Shown here piece by piece: positions 34,901 to 47,895 of a DNA stretch of 64,000 bases. The notes under the pieces are model-generated. The model worked only from the letters and a program-made list of their open reading frames with translations, made no database searches and was not told where the DNA came from. Position 1 is the first letter of the stretch. Every line of letters begins with the position of its first letter. Where the stretch lies: contig NC_081387.1 in the NCBI RefSeq assembly GCF_030684315.1, positions 16,399,409-16,463,408 of the forward strand, read 5' to 3'. The position numbers and the translations under genes were made by a program. This DNA is from Stegostoma tigrinum. Its lineage: Eukaryota.

Positions 34901-37341
34901 TCATGCTGACAAAAGCTAGTTCGGCTGTTTCAGATAACAATTTAGGGCAGATAAGGATTTGAAGAATGAGTAAGATTAAACTTTTCTGGTGATTGAAATT
35001 ACGGATGGTATAACATTTAAAAAGAGCTGAATGATGGAGCCTGCTACAAGAGATGGTGATGGCCAAGTGATAGTAATGCTTGACCCATAAATCCAAAAGA
35101 CCAGGCAATGTTCAGGGGACATAAGTTTAAATCCTGCTCTGGTGGATGGTAGAGTTTAAATCCAATAAAAATCTGGAATTAAGAGTCTAATAATGGCCAA
35201 CAAAACTGTCATCAGTTATTGGGGAAGACCCATTTGGCTCATTAATATCCTTTCGGGTAGGAAACTTTTCTCTATATGTGACTCACGTCCAACAATGACA
35301 CCTACATCAAATGAATTAAAAAGCCACCCAGACCTGCCAAAAACAAAATAACCCATGAACTGGGGAATGGAACTGGTCTAAGCAATGTCGTTTTGAGACA
35401 GAAACCTGTTGTTCTCACATGCTCGGACCTGAATGTGACTCCACTCCTAATGCTCTTAGGAGTGATTTATGTATGGTATATAAATGTCACTCTTTTTAAT
35501 GCTTCTGGCTCGAAATTTTGAAAAGATGGGACCTCATCGGAACTAGCTAATGAAGAATTTTTTGAAGTGTATGAGGTGATCATTACATCAGAAAATGATT
35601 AAAGATGGCCAATATTGAGTTGAATGACCATTGTACACCTACTTATTTTTTTCTTCTGCTGACTTCAATAAACAGGAAAATTGTGTTGGTGTATCAGAGT
35701 AGCTTAATTTCCTCTGTGCATTTTACACCATCACCAAAAAGATAAAATTACCTCTGTATGTTCTAACTGATTTGCTAAAACGTTAACCCTTCTTAACTTG
35801 CACTCAGGCGCTCTGTTAATGCAGAGTTTCAAATATTGCATGCCACGTAAACTGATCTATTTCTGATCTTTGTTTTCTATACATATGAGTCACCAAGTTA
35901 CATTACAGAAATAAACCTCTCTTTTAAAAGAAAGAACATTATCCCTTCCAATGGTTATTTATAAGTGTAATGATATCAAATAATGGGCATCCCTCACACT
36001 TTGGTTAAAAGCCTTTGCAATATAACATATTGGAAGTAAGTGCTGATAATGACAGCGAGGGCAATGGGACCAATAATTGTATAAAAATTCCAAAATGCAA
36101 AAAAGCACACTTGTTTAAACAAAAACGTAAATCTTAATTATGGATGTTCTGAAGGTAATCCATCAAGCTCCTTGCAGCAGTCCAGCTAGATTGTAATGTG
36201 AAAGCAATAATCCACAAAATTTAAGGGCTTTGTTTAGAGAGAGTCAACAGAAGAAAGATAGGTTTGAGTCAAAACAGTTAGAAATAAGAGATGGGCAAGT
36301 TGGATCATAAGAGAAAAGGGAAAATGAGACAAAACAAAATTGAAATTGTAGCTTGCCAATTTAAATCTTTCAACAATTCACTTCCTGAAGGGTTAAGACG
36401 TTAGTGTTTGAATTTTCAGGGACTTGATTTGGCAGACATTAACTACAGTCTGTAGTTAAATAGGAACTTCAGCTGGGCAACATGGCTCAAAGCACCTCAG
36501 AGGAGTGATGATCGAACAAATCTTGACACCAAGCTACATATAAAACTTAATCAAAAAAGTAAAGTTTTGAGGAGCAAAGAAAGGAACACAGGTAGAGCTA
36601 TTTCAAGAGGGAATTCTGGAACTTGGGCTAAAGGCATAACCCACCAGTACTGGAGTGGTTATAATCAGTGGTACTCAAGAAGCTAGGATTGAGAATAGCA
36701 AGTAACTTGGAGAATTATAGAAATGGATGAGATGACAGATTTATGGAGTGGTGGACAACACAGAGATATGAAATCCAGGAAGAGTATTTGAATAATTGAG
36801 TTTTGCCTAGCAGGTAGCAAAGATAGATGAATGACATTGATGCAAGTTATAAAATGGAAAGCAATGTTTTAGTGGTGCTCAACTTTACAGAGTGTGTGAT
36901 CGGATTATTTCATAATTTAATTATCAGCAGGTCATTTACCGGGCATTTCACATGTCCCTAATAAAAATTTTATGATACATGAGGGAATGGTGAAAGGGAC
37001 AATGATTTGTATGATCATCAAGCTACCCTTCAAATGGATTAATGTGAGTAACTTCAATGAGCTCCTTGTAGCAGCAAGTTCCAAATCTTGTCACTCTGTG
37101 CAAGAAAATGATTCCTAAATTGTTTTAGTGGTGTTTCACCCCCAAACTTAATGCTGGGGCAGCCATTGAACACCTTCCTAATTTGTCTAAGTTTCAAATT
37201 CCATTCACAAGTCCATTTCTACTAAATAAAACATCCAATAACCAATTACATTATATCATGGATGCATTTAGAAATAAGTGGTTTGTTGTTATAATTGAAG
37301 TCTTTAGGCTGCAGTGTCCTGTGAATATTTTGGCCCTGGGG

Positions 37342-37560
37342 GATAACAAGGTGTGGAGCTGGATGAACACAGCAGGACAAGCAGCATCAGAGGAGCAGGA
37401 AGGCTGACGTTTCGGATCTGGGACCTTCTTCAGAAATGGTGGGGGGTGGGGAGAGGTGATGGTAGAGGGTGGATAGAGGGGCAGCTAGGTAGAGAGAAGA
37501 TGGACAGGTCAAGGAGGCGGGGGAAAAGCCAGTAAAGGTGAGTGTATGTAGGGAGTTGGT
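37342..37560 (-). mobile_element. PLE 3' end fragment
   Basis: gataacaaggtgtggagctggatgaacacagc...ccttcttcaga followed by a G-rich 3' UTR like 8370-8560. Confidence 0.75.
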
Positions 37561-38849
37561 CATTGAGGATGACTGTTGTTACTTTCCGTCTGACTCCCAA
37601 ATTAACAATGACGGATGGTCATTGGGCTCGAAACTTAACTTCGTCTTTCCCCTCTCTCCACTGGTGCTGTCAGACCTGCTGAGCTCCTCTAACACTGACT
37701 GGGGATTTTTTGGCTTGTTACAGATCTATAGCACCCCGGTTCTTTCTTTCTATTTTACATTCACTTTTATGTTATTGGCACGCTGTTCGTTATGGTTCGC
37801 CCTGACTCTGCCTGTGCATCGATGTCCGAGTCACTTCAAGGAATTACCAATTTGCGCTTTCAACCTTCCCGGGCAGCAGCCTTTGCTTTTGTCCCGGAAA
37901 CTCACAACTTCTCATATTCGAACCCCCACACATTGTAGACAGATGAACAACGACCACGATACAAACTAGTAAATAGTCCAAAACTCAGGTTACGTGCTGA
38001 AGGGGGGGGGGGGGGTCGTCGCTGGGGTTGGAATAAGCATTTTTTTTTGCACACTGTTCGCGCCTCGGACATCCCTCGGCAACGATTCACGCCCGGCTGG
38101 GTTGAACACAGATGGAAATAGTTTCAATGGGGTCATTCTGCTGATCAGAGCACAATGCACATTCTCCCTCGACGCGCAAGTAGATGGTGAGAGGCACAAT
38201 CTATCCCAATGCAATCGGCCACACTGTGCTACAAATTAATGGTTTTCTGTTTCCTCTCTGTTACACGAGATAACGCATTGATTCGTGCGTTTGGGAGTAT
38301 CGCCTGCTGCAAGGCGATCCGTGGGGCTAAGGATAGAATATGTTACCAGCCAAAGAAAAAATGCACAGTGTAATTGTCCAATTCTCCACCTTTTAACGGT
38401 TGAGAATTACGTGAAAATCTACACTAAGCTAAAAGTTGTATTGGTGTCTACTGGTTAGCAAGCTCAATATTTTTGGATTTTTTTTAGAAAAGGCCATAAA
38501 ACACGTGGAGGTTATATTCCAAGCACATTGCTGAATCAAGGCACTACATTTTGTGAAATCGTTCACTAGGGGAGGGCAAACCGACTCGGATTGGTAGTAA
38601 AAGGTCAGATCGATATTAAAAGGCCGTTGACGAACAGTCTCGGTTAAAAATCTTGATTTTTTTTTCCGGCCGGTTCGATGCATTCTGCCGGGTTACACTC
38701 ACATGCTCATCAGAAATTTGACAACAAGCAAATGCGAGTCGTTCACCCGGTCTGGAATTTAACATTAACGCAAACATCGCAGCTTCAAAGCTGGCTCGGC
38801 TCTCAAGGTCATTGTGAGCTGTCTTGCTCACCTTGTCCTGTATGCAGAC

Positions 38850-38926
38850 CGATGGACAGTGAGGAGCGATGGGCAGGAGCGATGGACAGTGAGAAGCGAT
38901 GGACAGGAGCGATGGACAGTGAGGAG
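38850..38926. repeat. 30-bp tandem repeat x2.5 (gatggacagtgaggagcgatgggcaggagc)
   Basis: Directly visible. Confidence 0.9.
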
Positions 38927-39834
38927 TTGTTCCATCGAGGGAGAGATGCTGGCAGATCTGTCGGAGCTAACCTCTCTGGGCTGAGGTGTCACAGGACCCG
39001 AAACATTAACGCTGTTCTTTTCTTCCTTCACAGATGCCCCCAGAGCTTTCTTCTCCCCCCGCACCGCCACCCCCACCCCAGCAACTTACTCTGCCCTCTT
39101 ACCCCTTCTCAGCGCGGGAGCTGAGGGGAGGCCTGACTTCATAGCAGCAAGTGAGAGTCAGAAATCTATTCCCCAGATCTACTTCTGTCAGGCATGGATT
39201 TGTCTGCACAGCACGCAAAACAATACTGTTCACTGCGTGTCTGTACATGTTACAATGATAAATCAAACTCACAGTACCTGCGAGGTTAAATTTAGGGCAC
39301 TTTGAGTGCAGGCAGCATTCATTTGGTGCTTGTTTCGAGAGGCTGTTTTGAAGGGGTTGCTGCAGTTTCTGTACTGCTCTGGAGCCTGGGTGTATGTCTA
39401 GATTTGCTGCACCTCACCGGGCGACTGTGAGGATGTCAGAAACCCAATGGTTGCGGAGAGGAGAAACGGAAAGACTGCAAAGTTACAATAGGTACTGATG
39501 CCTAAGATAGAGCGGAGGTGGGGGGTGGGTTGCCGGGGGAGGTGGTATGAAGTCACGGAGAAACCAAGCTATGTTAGAGACTATTCTGAACGAGCAATGA
39601 CACCCATTTAAACGGGGTCATGTGGCGCTGGGCCCCCGAGTTAAATGTGTGTTTTTTTTTTGCTCTCTGTCTGTCTCGCCTCAACTGCAACATGTGATTT
39701 CCGACGCTGTTCAATGACTGGGCCAATTACTTCAGCTTCAAATACAGGATCATCCCTGGGCTCCTACACGGCGAGGCTTTTTACAGTGTTCTGTCCCCTC
39801 TCTCCAAGGGACGGGGGGAGCCGGGACGCTCGGT

Positions 39835-39907
39835 ATGTGCAAGGAACCGAGCATTTTACAACTCGCCAGCGTTCTCCTCCTCGGCTATTACTTCATTTGC
39901 CTCTTCG
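39835..39907 (+). CDS. IgV inhibitory receptor, coding exon 1: signal peptide MCKEPSILQLASVLLLGYYFICLF
   Basis: ATG, hydrophobic stretch, strong donor G|gtaagt in phase 1; joins the IgV exon to give ...CLFAPGNSA|ISL, a plausible cleavage site. Confidence 0.8.
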
Positions 39908-40027
39908 GTAAGTAACGTTTCCCTCACTTGTATAAATGCAATTTTTGAGTGCCTCCTGCCTCTGGGCTTTAATGGGAGCTGGAGGCATGGAATGCATTTA
40001 CCGCTCCCTGACTTCCTACAAAAGAAG

Positions 40028-40219
40028 ATGAGATAACAAGGATGAACACTGCAGGCCAAGCAGCATCGGACGAGCAGGAAAACTGACTTTTCAGGTCGGG
40101 ACCCTTCTTCAGGAAACGTCAGCCTTCCTGCTCCTCTGATGCTGCTTGGCCTGACGTGTTCATCCAGCTCTACCCGTTGATACCTCAGATTCCCCAGCAT
40201 CTGCAGTTCCTACTATCTC
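40028..40219. mobile_element. Palindromic PLE pLTR element in intron 1
   Basis: Inverted arms; degenerate TSD cttcctacaaaagaa (40012-40026) / cttcctattaaagaa (40219-40233). Confidence 0.8.
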
Positions 40220-43200
40220 TTCCTATTAAAGAAACTGGTTTCTTGCTTTAAATCTTGTTGTTGGTTTAATCTAGCTCCTGTGAACGGGATGGGGCGGGGG
40301 GAGGGGCGTACAATTTCCCTTCAATTTGCTGGCGAAACTGGTCACTGAGCTGCATGCCTGCTGGAACCGTTTACGAGTGAATCAATCCATCTCCCAAATC
40401 TGTCAGCGTGATGAGTACCTGCTGTGCACGCTGTTATCTTGAGTCAGCTAGAAGTTTTGTTTTGCATTAGTTTGACGAGCGGTTCACTCAGCTAGGCTGA
40501 TCCTTCAGAGCTGAGGAGAGCTAGCAATCTCCCCTACCTCCTCCTGTCATGCTCCTGAGGATAGGTAACCAGAGTCGTTGGGCTTCTCTCAGCTGACAGC
40601 CCTGCCTCTGTTAGGAATGCAAATGCCCCTGAGTCAAGGAGGTGCTGAATTCAAAACTGGGTGCAGGACTTGGCAATGCTTCAGCTGACTCACATACTAA
40701 AACAGAATGAACACCCAACCCCAGACTACTTCCTCAATAGAGAAATTACTAATTAATATTTTCTTACTAGCTGAGAGATTTTCTGTCAATAGTCGACGCA
40801 CGACAAGAAGCATTTGTACAGCACCGCGGACAAAATGAAACAAGGGTCCCAAGGTGCCTCAAGGAAAATAAATTATATTCAAATAAAATTTGACCCTCAG
40901 CAACAGAGAAGATGTTGGGCCCAGGAGGTCAACTTTCAGAGGCATTTTAAAGAGAAACATGAAGTTAGGAGAGAATACGAATTAAGAGGGGATTTCCAGA
41001 GCTTGGGGACAACTGAAGCAATTGCCGAGTCATACACTCTTTTACAACCTGGAAAATGGCCCTTTACCCCACTGGATCCACGTCGGTTATCCAGTATCTA
41101 TCTACTTGTATCCCTTTTTCCAATGTGCAGCCTGTAGCCTCAATACCTAGCTCGTCTAAATACTTCTGAAAAAGCATTTAGTTTCACATTACAACTGGGA
41201 ATGCACATCAGGGCAGAATTGGAACAATAAAGCCCTTTTCCAGGATTGTAAGGCTGGAGGGCTTCATACAGATTGGAAAAGACAAGCTTATGGAAGGCTT
41301 GAAAATTAAAGTTGACTAGGAGATAGTATAAGTCAGAGAGTACCAGGGCAAACTGGACCTAATGTAAGACAAGACATATATGTTCGTGATGACTTAAACA
41401 TAGAGGGTAGAATACTGGAGACCAGTTAGTATAAACCCTTGGGGAGAAGAATCCCTCAAAACTCAAAACATTTTTATCTCTCGACCAATGTAGTTAAAGC
41501 AGATTGTCTGGATACTATCAGCTTGATATTAGAGACATCTTATGGCATGAAAGTTGATGCCGTATGTCTTACACTACAACAGAGGTCACAATCTTTAATG
41601 AAAGTAAAGACCTTTGGGACACCATGAGATCAAGTAACACGCGATACAAAAGGAAGCTTTTATTTATTTGTAGTTTGTGGACAAATTGGTTGTGATGTTT
41701 GCTACAGTTGCTATTTTTGAAATGTTGTCATTGTTGGTTTATAGATAAAATACCTTGGTAGACACAAAGGAAATAAAGGTACTTAGGTGTAAATTCAGAT
41801 GACTTTATTCTTTGATGAAAATGCAGGTGTTTAGTGGCTTTGCAAGAACAGAAGATATGGTTGAGGTTACATGAGTTCTGTTGCAGAACAGAAGAATCAT
41901 ATTCAGCTCGGAACATTAAATTTACATCTCTTCCAATGGCATTGTCAGAGCTGCTAACCATTTCACCCCCGTCCCTTCCCTTTATTCAGGCATATGAACT
42001 GGCATTTTCCCAGCCACCATCAGTTCTGAGGAAGGGTAACGGGACCCGAAACGTTCACTCTTTTTTTCCTCCATGGATGCTGCCAGACCTGCTGAGCTTT
42101 TTCAGCGACTTTGTTTGTGAACCATTTCCAGCACTTTGCGGTTTTAGATTTCCAGCGTCTGCAGTGTCTTGCTTTTGCCAAATTGAAGGGTGGTCTAATT
42201 GGTGCATTTAAAATGGTGAAAGAATTGATTAGGGTCGATGGAGAGAAACTATTTCCTCTGGTGGGTCAGTTCAGAACAAGAAGTGCACGCCGAAAATGGA
42301 GTTGGGCTTTTCAGTACTGGAATAGAGGCATGTTTTTGCACAGAAGTCAGCGGAGATCTGGTACACTGTATTGAATTTAAACAGAAAAAGGTTAGATAGA
42401 TGACACATGGAAAAACAGACAAGTGTGCCAAAATTGCTGAAAAATGACAGTGTGTAAGTGATAGACACTATTAATGTGTTTTAACACATCATAATAAAAC
42501 TTCCACCCCATGTTTGCACTTAAATGTTTAAATACAGTAAGTAGTCACTTTTATTAAGTGATTTAGCAACATCACAACATAAATGTAACACAGATAGCGG
42601 TTTGCTGCTGTCTAGTAGTCCCGCCACAGAATGAAATTTAAAAGTGCCAACAGCTGTGCTTTTGGATTCTGTTTTCTTTAATGATGAAGGGGTTCAATTG
42701 CCTAGAATATGCAGAAACTGTTCACACACATTGGTAATTCTGCAGTCAATGAGCCATAGATTTAAGAAAGACATGAATGGACCGAGAAAATAGTTCAGGA
42801 AGGACTTTATTTCTTATGATGACCAATTAACTTGTGGAAGTTACGTAATGTTGATGAAAGTAACATATATATGTTGAAAACGGAGCTGGGTTCACACACA
42901 AACAGCTGTTTGCCCTCCAGTTCCCCTTATTTTTGAGAACTGGTTTTTCACGTAAAAGGCCACTGAAATTGCCACAAAAGTGAAGCAGTGGTCATTATGC
43001 AGACAAAACATTTCAGATCAGGAGGAATTAAATGCAGGTATACATATATCCTTACCACCTCATTCTTTCCCAAAGTTCCAGGGTTTCCTGTGAGTTCAGG
43101 TTCATGGAATTTGGAGTATCCTAAAATTGTGGAAGGAGCCATGTAAATTCAAATGCTAACTTCTCATGTTGGAGGTAAAATCATCCATTTCTTTCAGCAA

Positions 43201-44109
43201 AGGGTGACAAGAGTTGGCAAATAACTAAGATCTACTGCAAATCATCACAAATGTCAGAGATACCTGGGTTGGATCACTTTGTTTTCAGACAGCTGAGGGG
43301 TGATCAAACTGGAATGTTTAACAAAGCAAGTGGGTTAGATAGTACAGACAGAGAAAATGCTGTGAAAACCAGAACATGAGCTTTAAATTAGGCTTAAGCT
43401 ATTTGGGAGTGAAATGATAAAGTGTACATTTTCACAAACTGGGTAGCAGAATTCTGGAATGCTCGCCCCTAAAATATTATGGGCATGGACCGATCAAGGT
43501 AGTCCAGAATGAAATGGGCAGATGTTGTATTCATTAAAAGATAGCAAGGAAATTCGATCAAGAACAATTGGCAGAGTTGAGATACAATCTGCTTTCAACA
43601 CAAGCATTAGTTATTTTATTTTCTAAATACACATGTGTCTCCACTCAAAGATACAACTGATACAGGAATATATTAATGGTGTCCATATTATACAATCAAC
43701 TGAAGCGCTGCTTTATAATTCTCATCCTGCGATTCATCTTAAAGATGATTCATGTATTTAATCAATTTACAGATCTGACGAACAAAGTACAGTAAGTTGT
43801 ATTTATGGGAAGATTCTCTCTGGTCTCTATCGTAGAATTACTTGAGAGTCCAGTCTTCAAAATATACCAAACCATGACTGTGAGAGGCAAATGAAAGGTT
43901 GGGGAATATTAGAATTTTGATTAAAATTGTGGTTGATCTAATTTTGATCTCAAATCTGCTTTCCTGCTACTCCTTGGGACCAAAATGTAAATAGTTGCAA
44001 CCAAACCTAATTTTATATTCCATTCTTACTTGTAATAAAGGCCAACGTTGCATTTGACTTCTTAGTCATTTGCTGCACCTGCATAATGACAGTTTTTTTT
44101 GTGTGATTT

Positions 44110-45420
44110 AATGTACCAAGACACCTTTGTACCATTACACTTTGCAATCGCTCTCTATTTAAATAGTAAATTGCTTTTTTATTCTTCTGATCAAAGTGTA
44201 AGAAGCAAAAAAAAAGCAGAAAACCAGGAACATTGGGAAATACCATAGTGCAAGAGCAGGAGGTAGCTATTAAGATGTGTCTCAGGAGCACAAATGCTGA
44301 TGTTTCGGGCCGAGACCCTTCATCCTCTCTGATGAAGGGTCTAGGCCCGAAACGTCAGCTTTCGTGCTCCTGACATGCTGCTTGGCCTGTTGTGTTCATC
44401 CAGCCCCACACTTTGTTATCTTGGATTCTCCAACATGTGCAGTTCCCATTATCTCTGAGCTATTGAGATGTAGTGTGATCATGGAATTTTCTTGGCAATC
44501 TTGCATCATATCCTTAAAACCTTTGGATAAATCTATTCGTTTCCAATTTGAAAATTGGGAATTGAGCTAGGATGTTCTTTTTTGTGCATGTGTGGATGAG
44601 AGGTCCAAACTTTGGTGGAGATAATGCAAGCCAATTGGTATTTTGGATGCATAGGCCATTCAGTTCCTCACGCTTCTTCCACCATTCAATTAAATCATGA
44701 CTTATCTGTGGTCTAACTTCATATACCTGCCTTTCAATCATCTCCCTTAATATTTTAGCTGAACAGAACAGCAGGGTTGGAAGCATAGTGACAATGTTAC
44801 TGAATCCAAGAAATCTAGAATCATAATTCAGAGGATATGAGTTTAAATCCAATTTGATCTAATTTCAAATTGAAGTTGGCAGTAGTCGGGTTGTTACTAA
44901 CTCATTAACCTCTTTCCTGGGCGACACAGTCTCCTAGCTATACAGGTTACTCTGAAATAGTCTCTGAAGCCATTCAGTTACATGCAATCTAAAAATGACC
45001 AGCATTTTCTACAGCCTATTGGTGGCAGGCAATAAATTCTCACAAGAACAAGGACAAATTCAAAAGATCCTGCCTCAAACTTAAAATCAGAGATGGTGCA
45101 GCATTTATAAAGGGAGAGAGAGAGAGTGAAGAAAATGTACAGCCATCTTATGGAAAGCATTCTAGAAATGTTTGATTTTAAATGAATACAACCCCTACGG
45201 TTCAGTGAGAGGCCATTTGACTCAGCAAGTCCGCACTGACCCTCCAAACAGAACTCCAAACAGACCCAGCCGCCACTCTATGCCTGTTACCCTGCATTTA
45301 GCATGGCCAATCCACCTCAGCTGCACATGTTCGGACTGTGGGAGGAAACTGGAGCAAAGTCAGACAGAGACAGGGAGAACACGCAAACTCCACACAAATG
45401 GGCACTCAGTTGCAGAATCA
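44110..45420 (+). repeat. Local segmental duplication, copy A (upstream of the IgV exon)
   Basis: Collinear with ~46278-47560 across several TE-fragment junctions (taaaacctttggataa, ggaagcatagtgac, ctgggcgacacagtctc, caggcaataaattctcacaaga). Confidence 0.9.
44279..44457. mobile_element. Palindromic PLE pLTR element with intact hammerhead core (44329-44356, +) and 14-bp TSD
   Basis: ctgatgaagggtctaggcccgaaacgtc; TSD agctattaagatgt (44265-44278) / agctattgagatgt (44458-44471). Confidence 0.88.
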
Positions 45421-45475
45421 AACTCGGGTTTCTGGCGGGGCAGCAGCGCTAACTACTGAGCCACCGCGCTGCCCG
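45200..45475 (-). mobile_element. tRNA-derived SINE
   Basis: gcagcagcgctaactactgagccaccgcgctgccc is the reverse-complemented SINE head. Confidence 0.8.
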
Positions 45476-45734
45476 TGTGTCTGCTTTTCTCGCTGAGTTA
45501 TGCGTTTTATTAACGTATACCACTGATTTTAAAAACATGTCAGAAGTTAGAGGAAGTCTGTTGGAACTTTTGTTTTTCCTGTGGAAAGTTACTTATATCG
45601 TCAAGTTGTGTACTTTCGGCGCACTCAGCTATCCCTCTCTCTATCTGGAGATTTTGCTGCGTAGACTGTAACTGATTGATGCGATGAGACTGAGATGCGG
45701 CTGGAAACTGATGTTGTGTGTGATCTTGTTACAG

Positions 45735-46130
45735 CCCCTGGAAACAGTGCTATTTCCCTGAGTGTCTCTCAGAGAGAAGTGAACGGGTCAGTGAGCCAGT
45801 CTGTCCGTCTCTCCGTCTCCTATTCCACACTCACACCCTCCTCCACTTTAGGGATCCTGTGGTATTTTTTGCCCGGAGACACTCCAATTGTGAGCCTGAT
45901 CCGGTCAAACTGCTCTTCAGATGCTGCCAGATGCTGTTATAACTGCTCAGATCACCAGATGTCAGCTCCTTCCCACCGACACCGAGTTGACGTCGACCCA
46001 GAGACGGGATCGTTGTGTTTGCGGGATTTACAGCCCAGCGACAGCGGCGTGTATGTGATACAAGTTTATGCAGACGGTGCGGACACAGCCGTTAAAGAGA
46101 ATGTGACTTTAACGGTCTGTAATGTGACAG
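45735..46130 (+). CDS. IgV inhibitory receptor, exon 2: V-set Ig domain (CD2/SLAM/CEACAM/HEPACAM/VSTM5-like, no canonical disulfide)
   Basis: Acceptor tcttgttacag|, donor ACAG|gtaaga, 396 nt, phase 1-1. VNGSVSQSVRLSVSY (A'/B), ILWYF (C strand Trp), RHRV..DPETGSLCLRDLQPSDSGVYVIQV (D-E-F), VTLTV (G). Confidence 0.93.
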
Positions 46131-46277
46131 GTAAGAGTTTACATTCTGCCCCTCCCTCTCGCTGGAGTTGGGGTGGAGTGTCGGGGGGCAGCGGGTGATA
46201 TGCAGGTGTGGATTGACTTAAAATGATTTAAAATTCTGAAAGGCTTTTGGACAGGAGGCATATGGCCAGGTTGGAAT

Positions 46278-46658
46278 TTACCTAGGCACCTCAGTACCAT
46301 CACACTTTGCAATCTTTTTTCTGTTTACATAATAATAAATTGCTTTTCTCGTCTTCTGACTAAAGTGGACAAAGCAAAACATGACGAATACAGAATAGCA
46401 GGAAATACTGCAAGAACAGAAGGAAGTCATTCCGACCTTCGAACTTGCCTCATGTCCATAAAACCTTTGGATAAGTCTATTCATTTCAGATTTGAAAATT
46501 GACAACTGATCCAGTCTCATAGTGTGTGCATGTGTACTTGTGTGTCACTGTGCGTGTGTGTATGTCTGTGTGTATTTGTATGTGTCCGTGTGTGTGTATG
46601 AGTGTCTGTGTGTACTTGAGTCTGTGTATTTTTGTGTGTCTGTGCGTGTGTAGGAAGC

Positions 46659-46698
<40 letters not shown>

Positions 46699-47560
46699 CG
46701 TGTGTGTGTATGAGACTTCCAAACCTTTTCTAAAACAACCCAATTGGTATTTCGGGTTCATAGGAACAGGAATATGCTGTTCAGCCCTCCAAGCCCATTC
46801 CATCACTCAATGACAGAACTGTGATCTGACTTCATCTACCTTTGGCCCATATCGCTTAATGCCATGGCTTAGCAAAACAGCTGTGTTCGGTGGGTTAGGA
46901 AGCATAGTGACTGTGTCACTGAATCCTAGAAATCTAGATTCAAAATTCAGAGGATGCAAGAGTAAATCCAATTTGATTTAATTTCAAGTCGGAGCTGGCA
47001 GTGATGACATTGAAGCAGTCTGATTGTTATTAACTCATAACTCCCTTACCTTTTGTCTGGGCGACACAGTCTCAAAGCTATCCAGGTTCCTCTGAAATAG
47101 CCTCTGAAACCGTGGAGTAATATGAAATCTCGAGCTACCAGCATTTTCTACAGGCAATCAGTGACAGGCAATAAATTCTCACAAGACAAGGACAAATTCA
47201 AATGATCCTGCCTCAACTTTGAAATATGTCAGAGATGGCGCAGGATTTATAAAGGGAGAAAGCAAAAAAAAAACAAAGAAAACACAGCCATATTTTGTAG
47301 AGGATTGCTGTAATGTTTGTGATTTTAAAAGGTTTCCTACATTTCAGAAAGAGACCATTGACCCATCGAATCTGTACCGGCCCTCCAAAGAGCATCCCAC
47401 CCAACTGCCCTATCTCACAATACCATATTTGCCATGGCTAGCCCACTCAGCCTACACATCTCTGGATGCTCTTGGCAAATTACCATGGCCAATCCACCTA
47501 ACCTGCACATCTCTGGACCATGGGAAGAAACTAGAGCACCCAGGGTAAACTCACACGGAC
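46278..47560 (+). repeat. Local segmental duplication, copy B (downstream of the IgV exon), containing a TG-rich microsatellite at ~46522-46710
   Basis: Collinear with ~44110-45420. Confidence 0.9.
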
Positions 47561-47684
47561 ATTTAAACACAAACAATTAAACTGGAGTCAGCCATTTGAT
47601 GACTATAGAGGGGCTGTAATTTACAAATGTCCAATTTACTAATGGTTTACTAATGACTCATTTTTACGTCATTCAGATCGTTAA

Positions 47685-47895
47685 AAACTGCTGATGCTGG
47701 AGTCAGAGACAACACAATGTAGAGCTGGAGGAACACAGCAGGCCAGGCAGCATCAGAGGAGCAGGAAAACTGAAGTTTCGGGTCAGAATTCTTCTTCAGA
47801 AATGGGGGTCCCTATCCGAAACACCAGCTTTCCTGCTCCCCTGATGCTGCCTGACCTGCTGTGTTCCTCCAGCTCCACACTGTGCTATCTCTGAC
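47685..47895. mobile_element. Palindromic PLE pLTR element (older)
   Basis: Inverted arms gtcagagacaacacaatgtagagctggaggaacacagcagg / cctgctgtgttcctccagctccacactgtgctatctctgac. Confidence 0.8.

Larger units (their letters stand above)
37900..39910. promoter_or_regulatory. CpG-enriched, largely unique region; probable promoter/5' region of the IgV receptor gene
   Basis: Visibly higher CpG density than the flanks, ending at the ATG exon. A possible acceptor (ttttacag, 39786) suggests a further upstream non-coding exon. TSS not located. Confidence 0.45.

Noticed and set aside
35750-35920. Minus-strand exon-like segment with donor and acceptor
   Set aside because: Stops in all three frames; at most non-coding.
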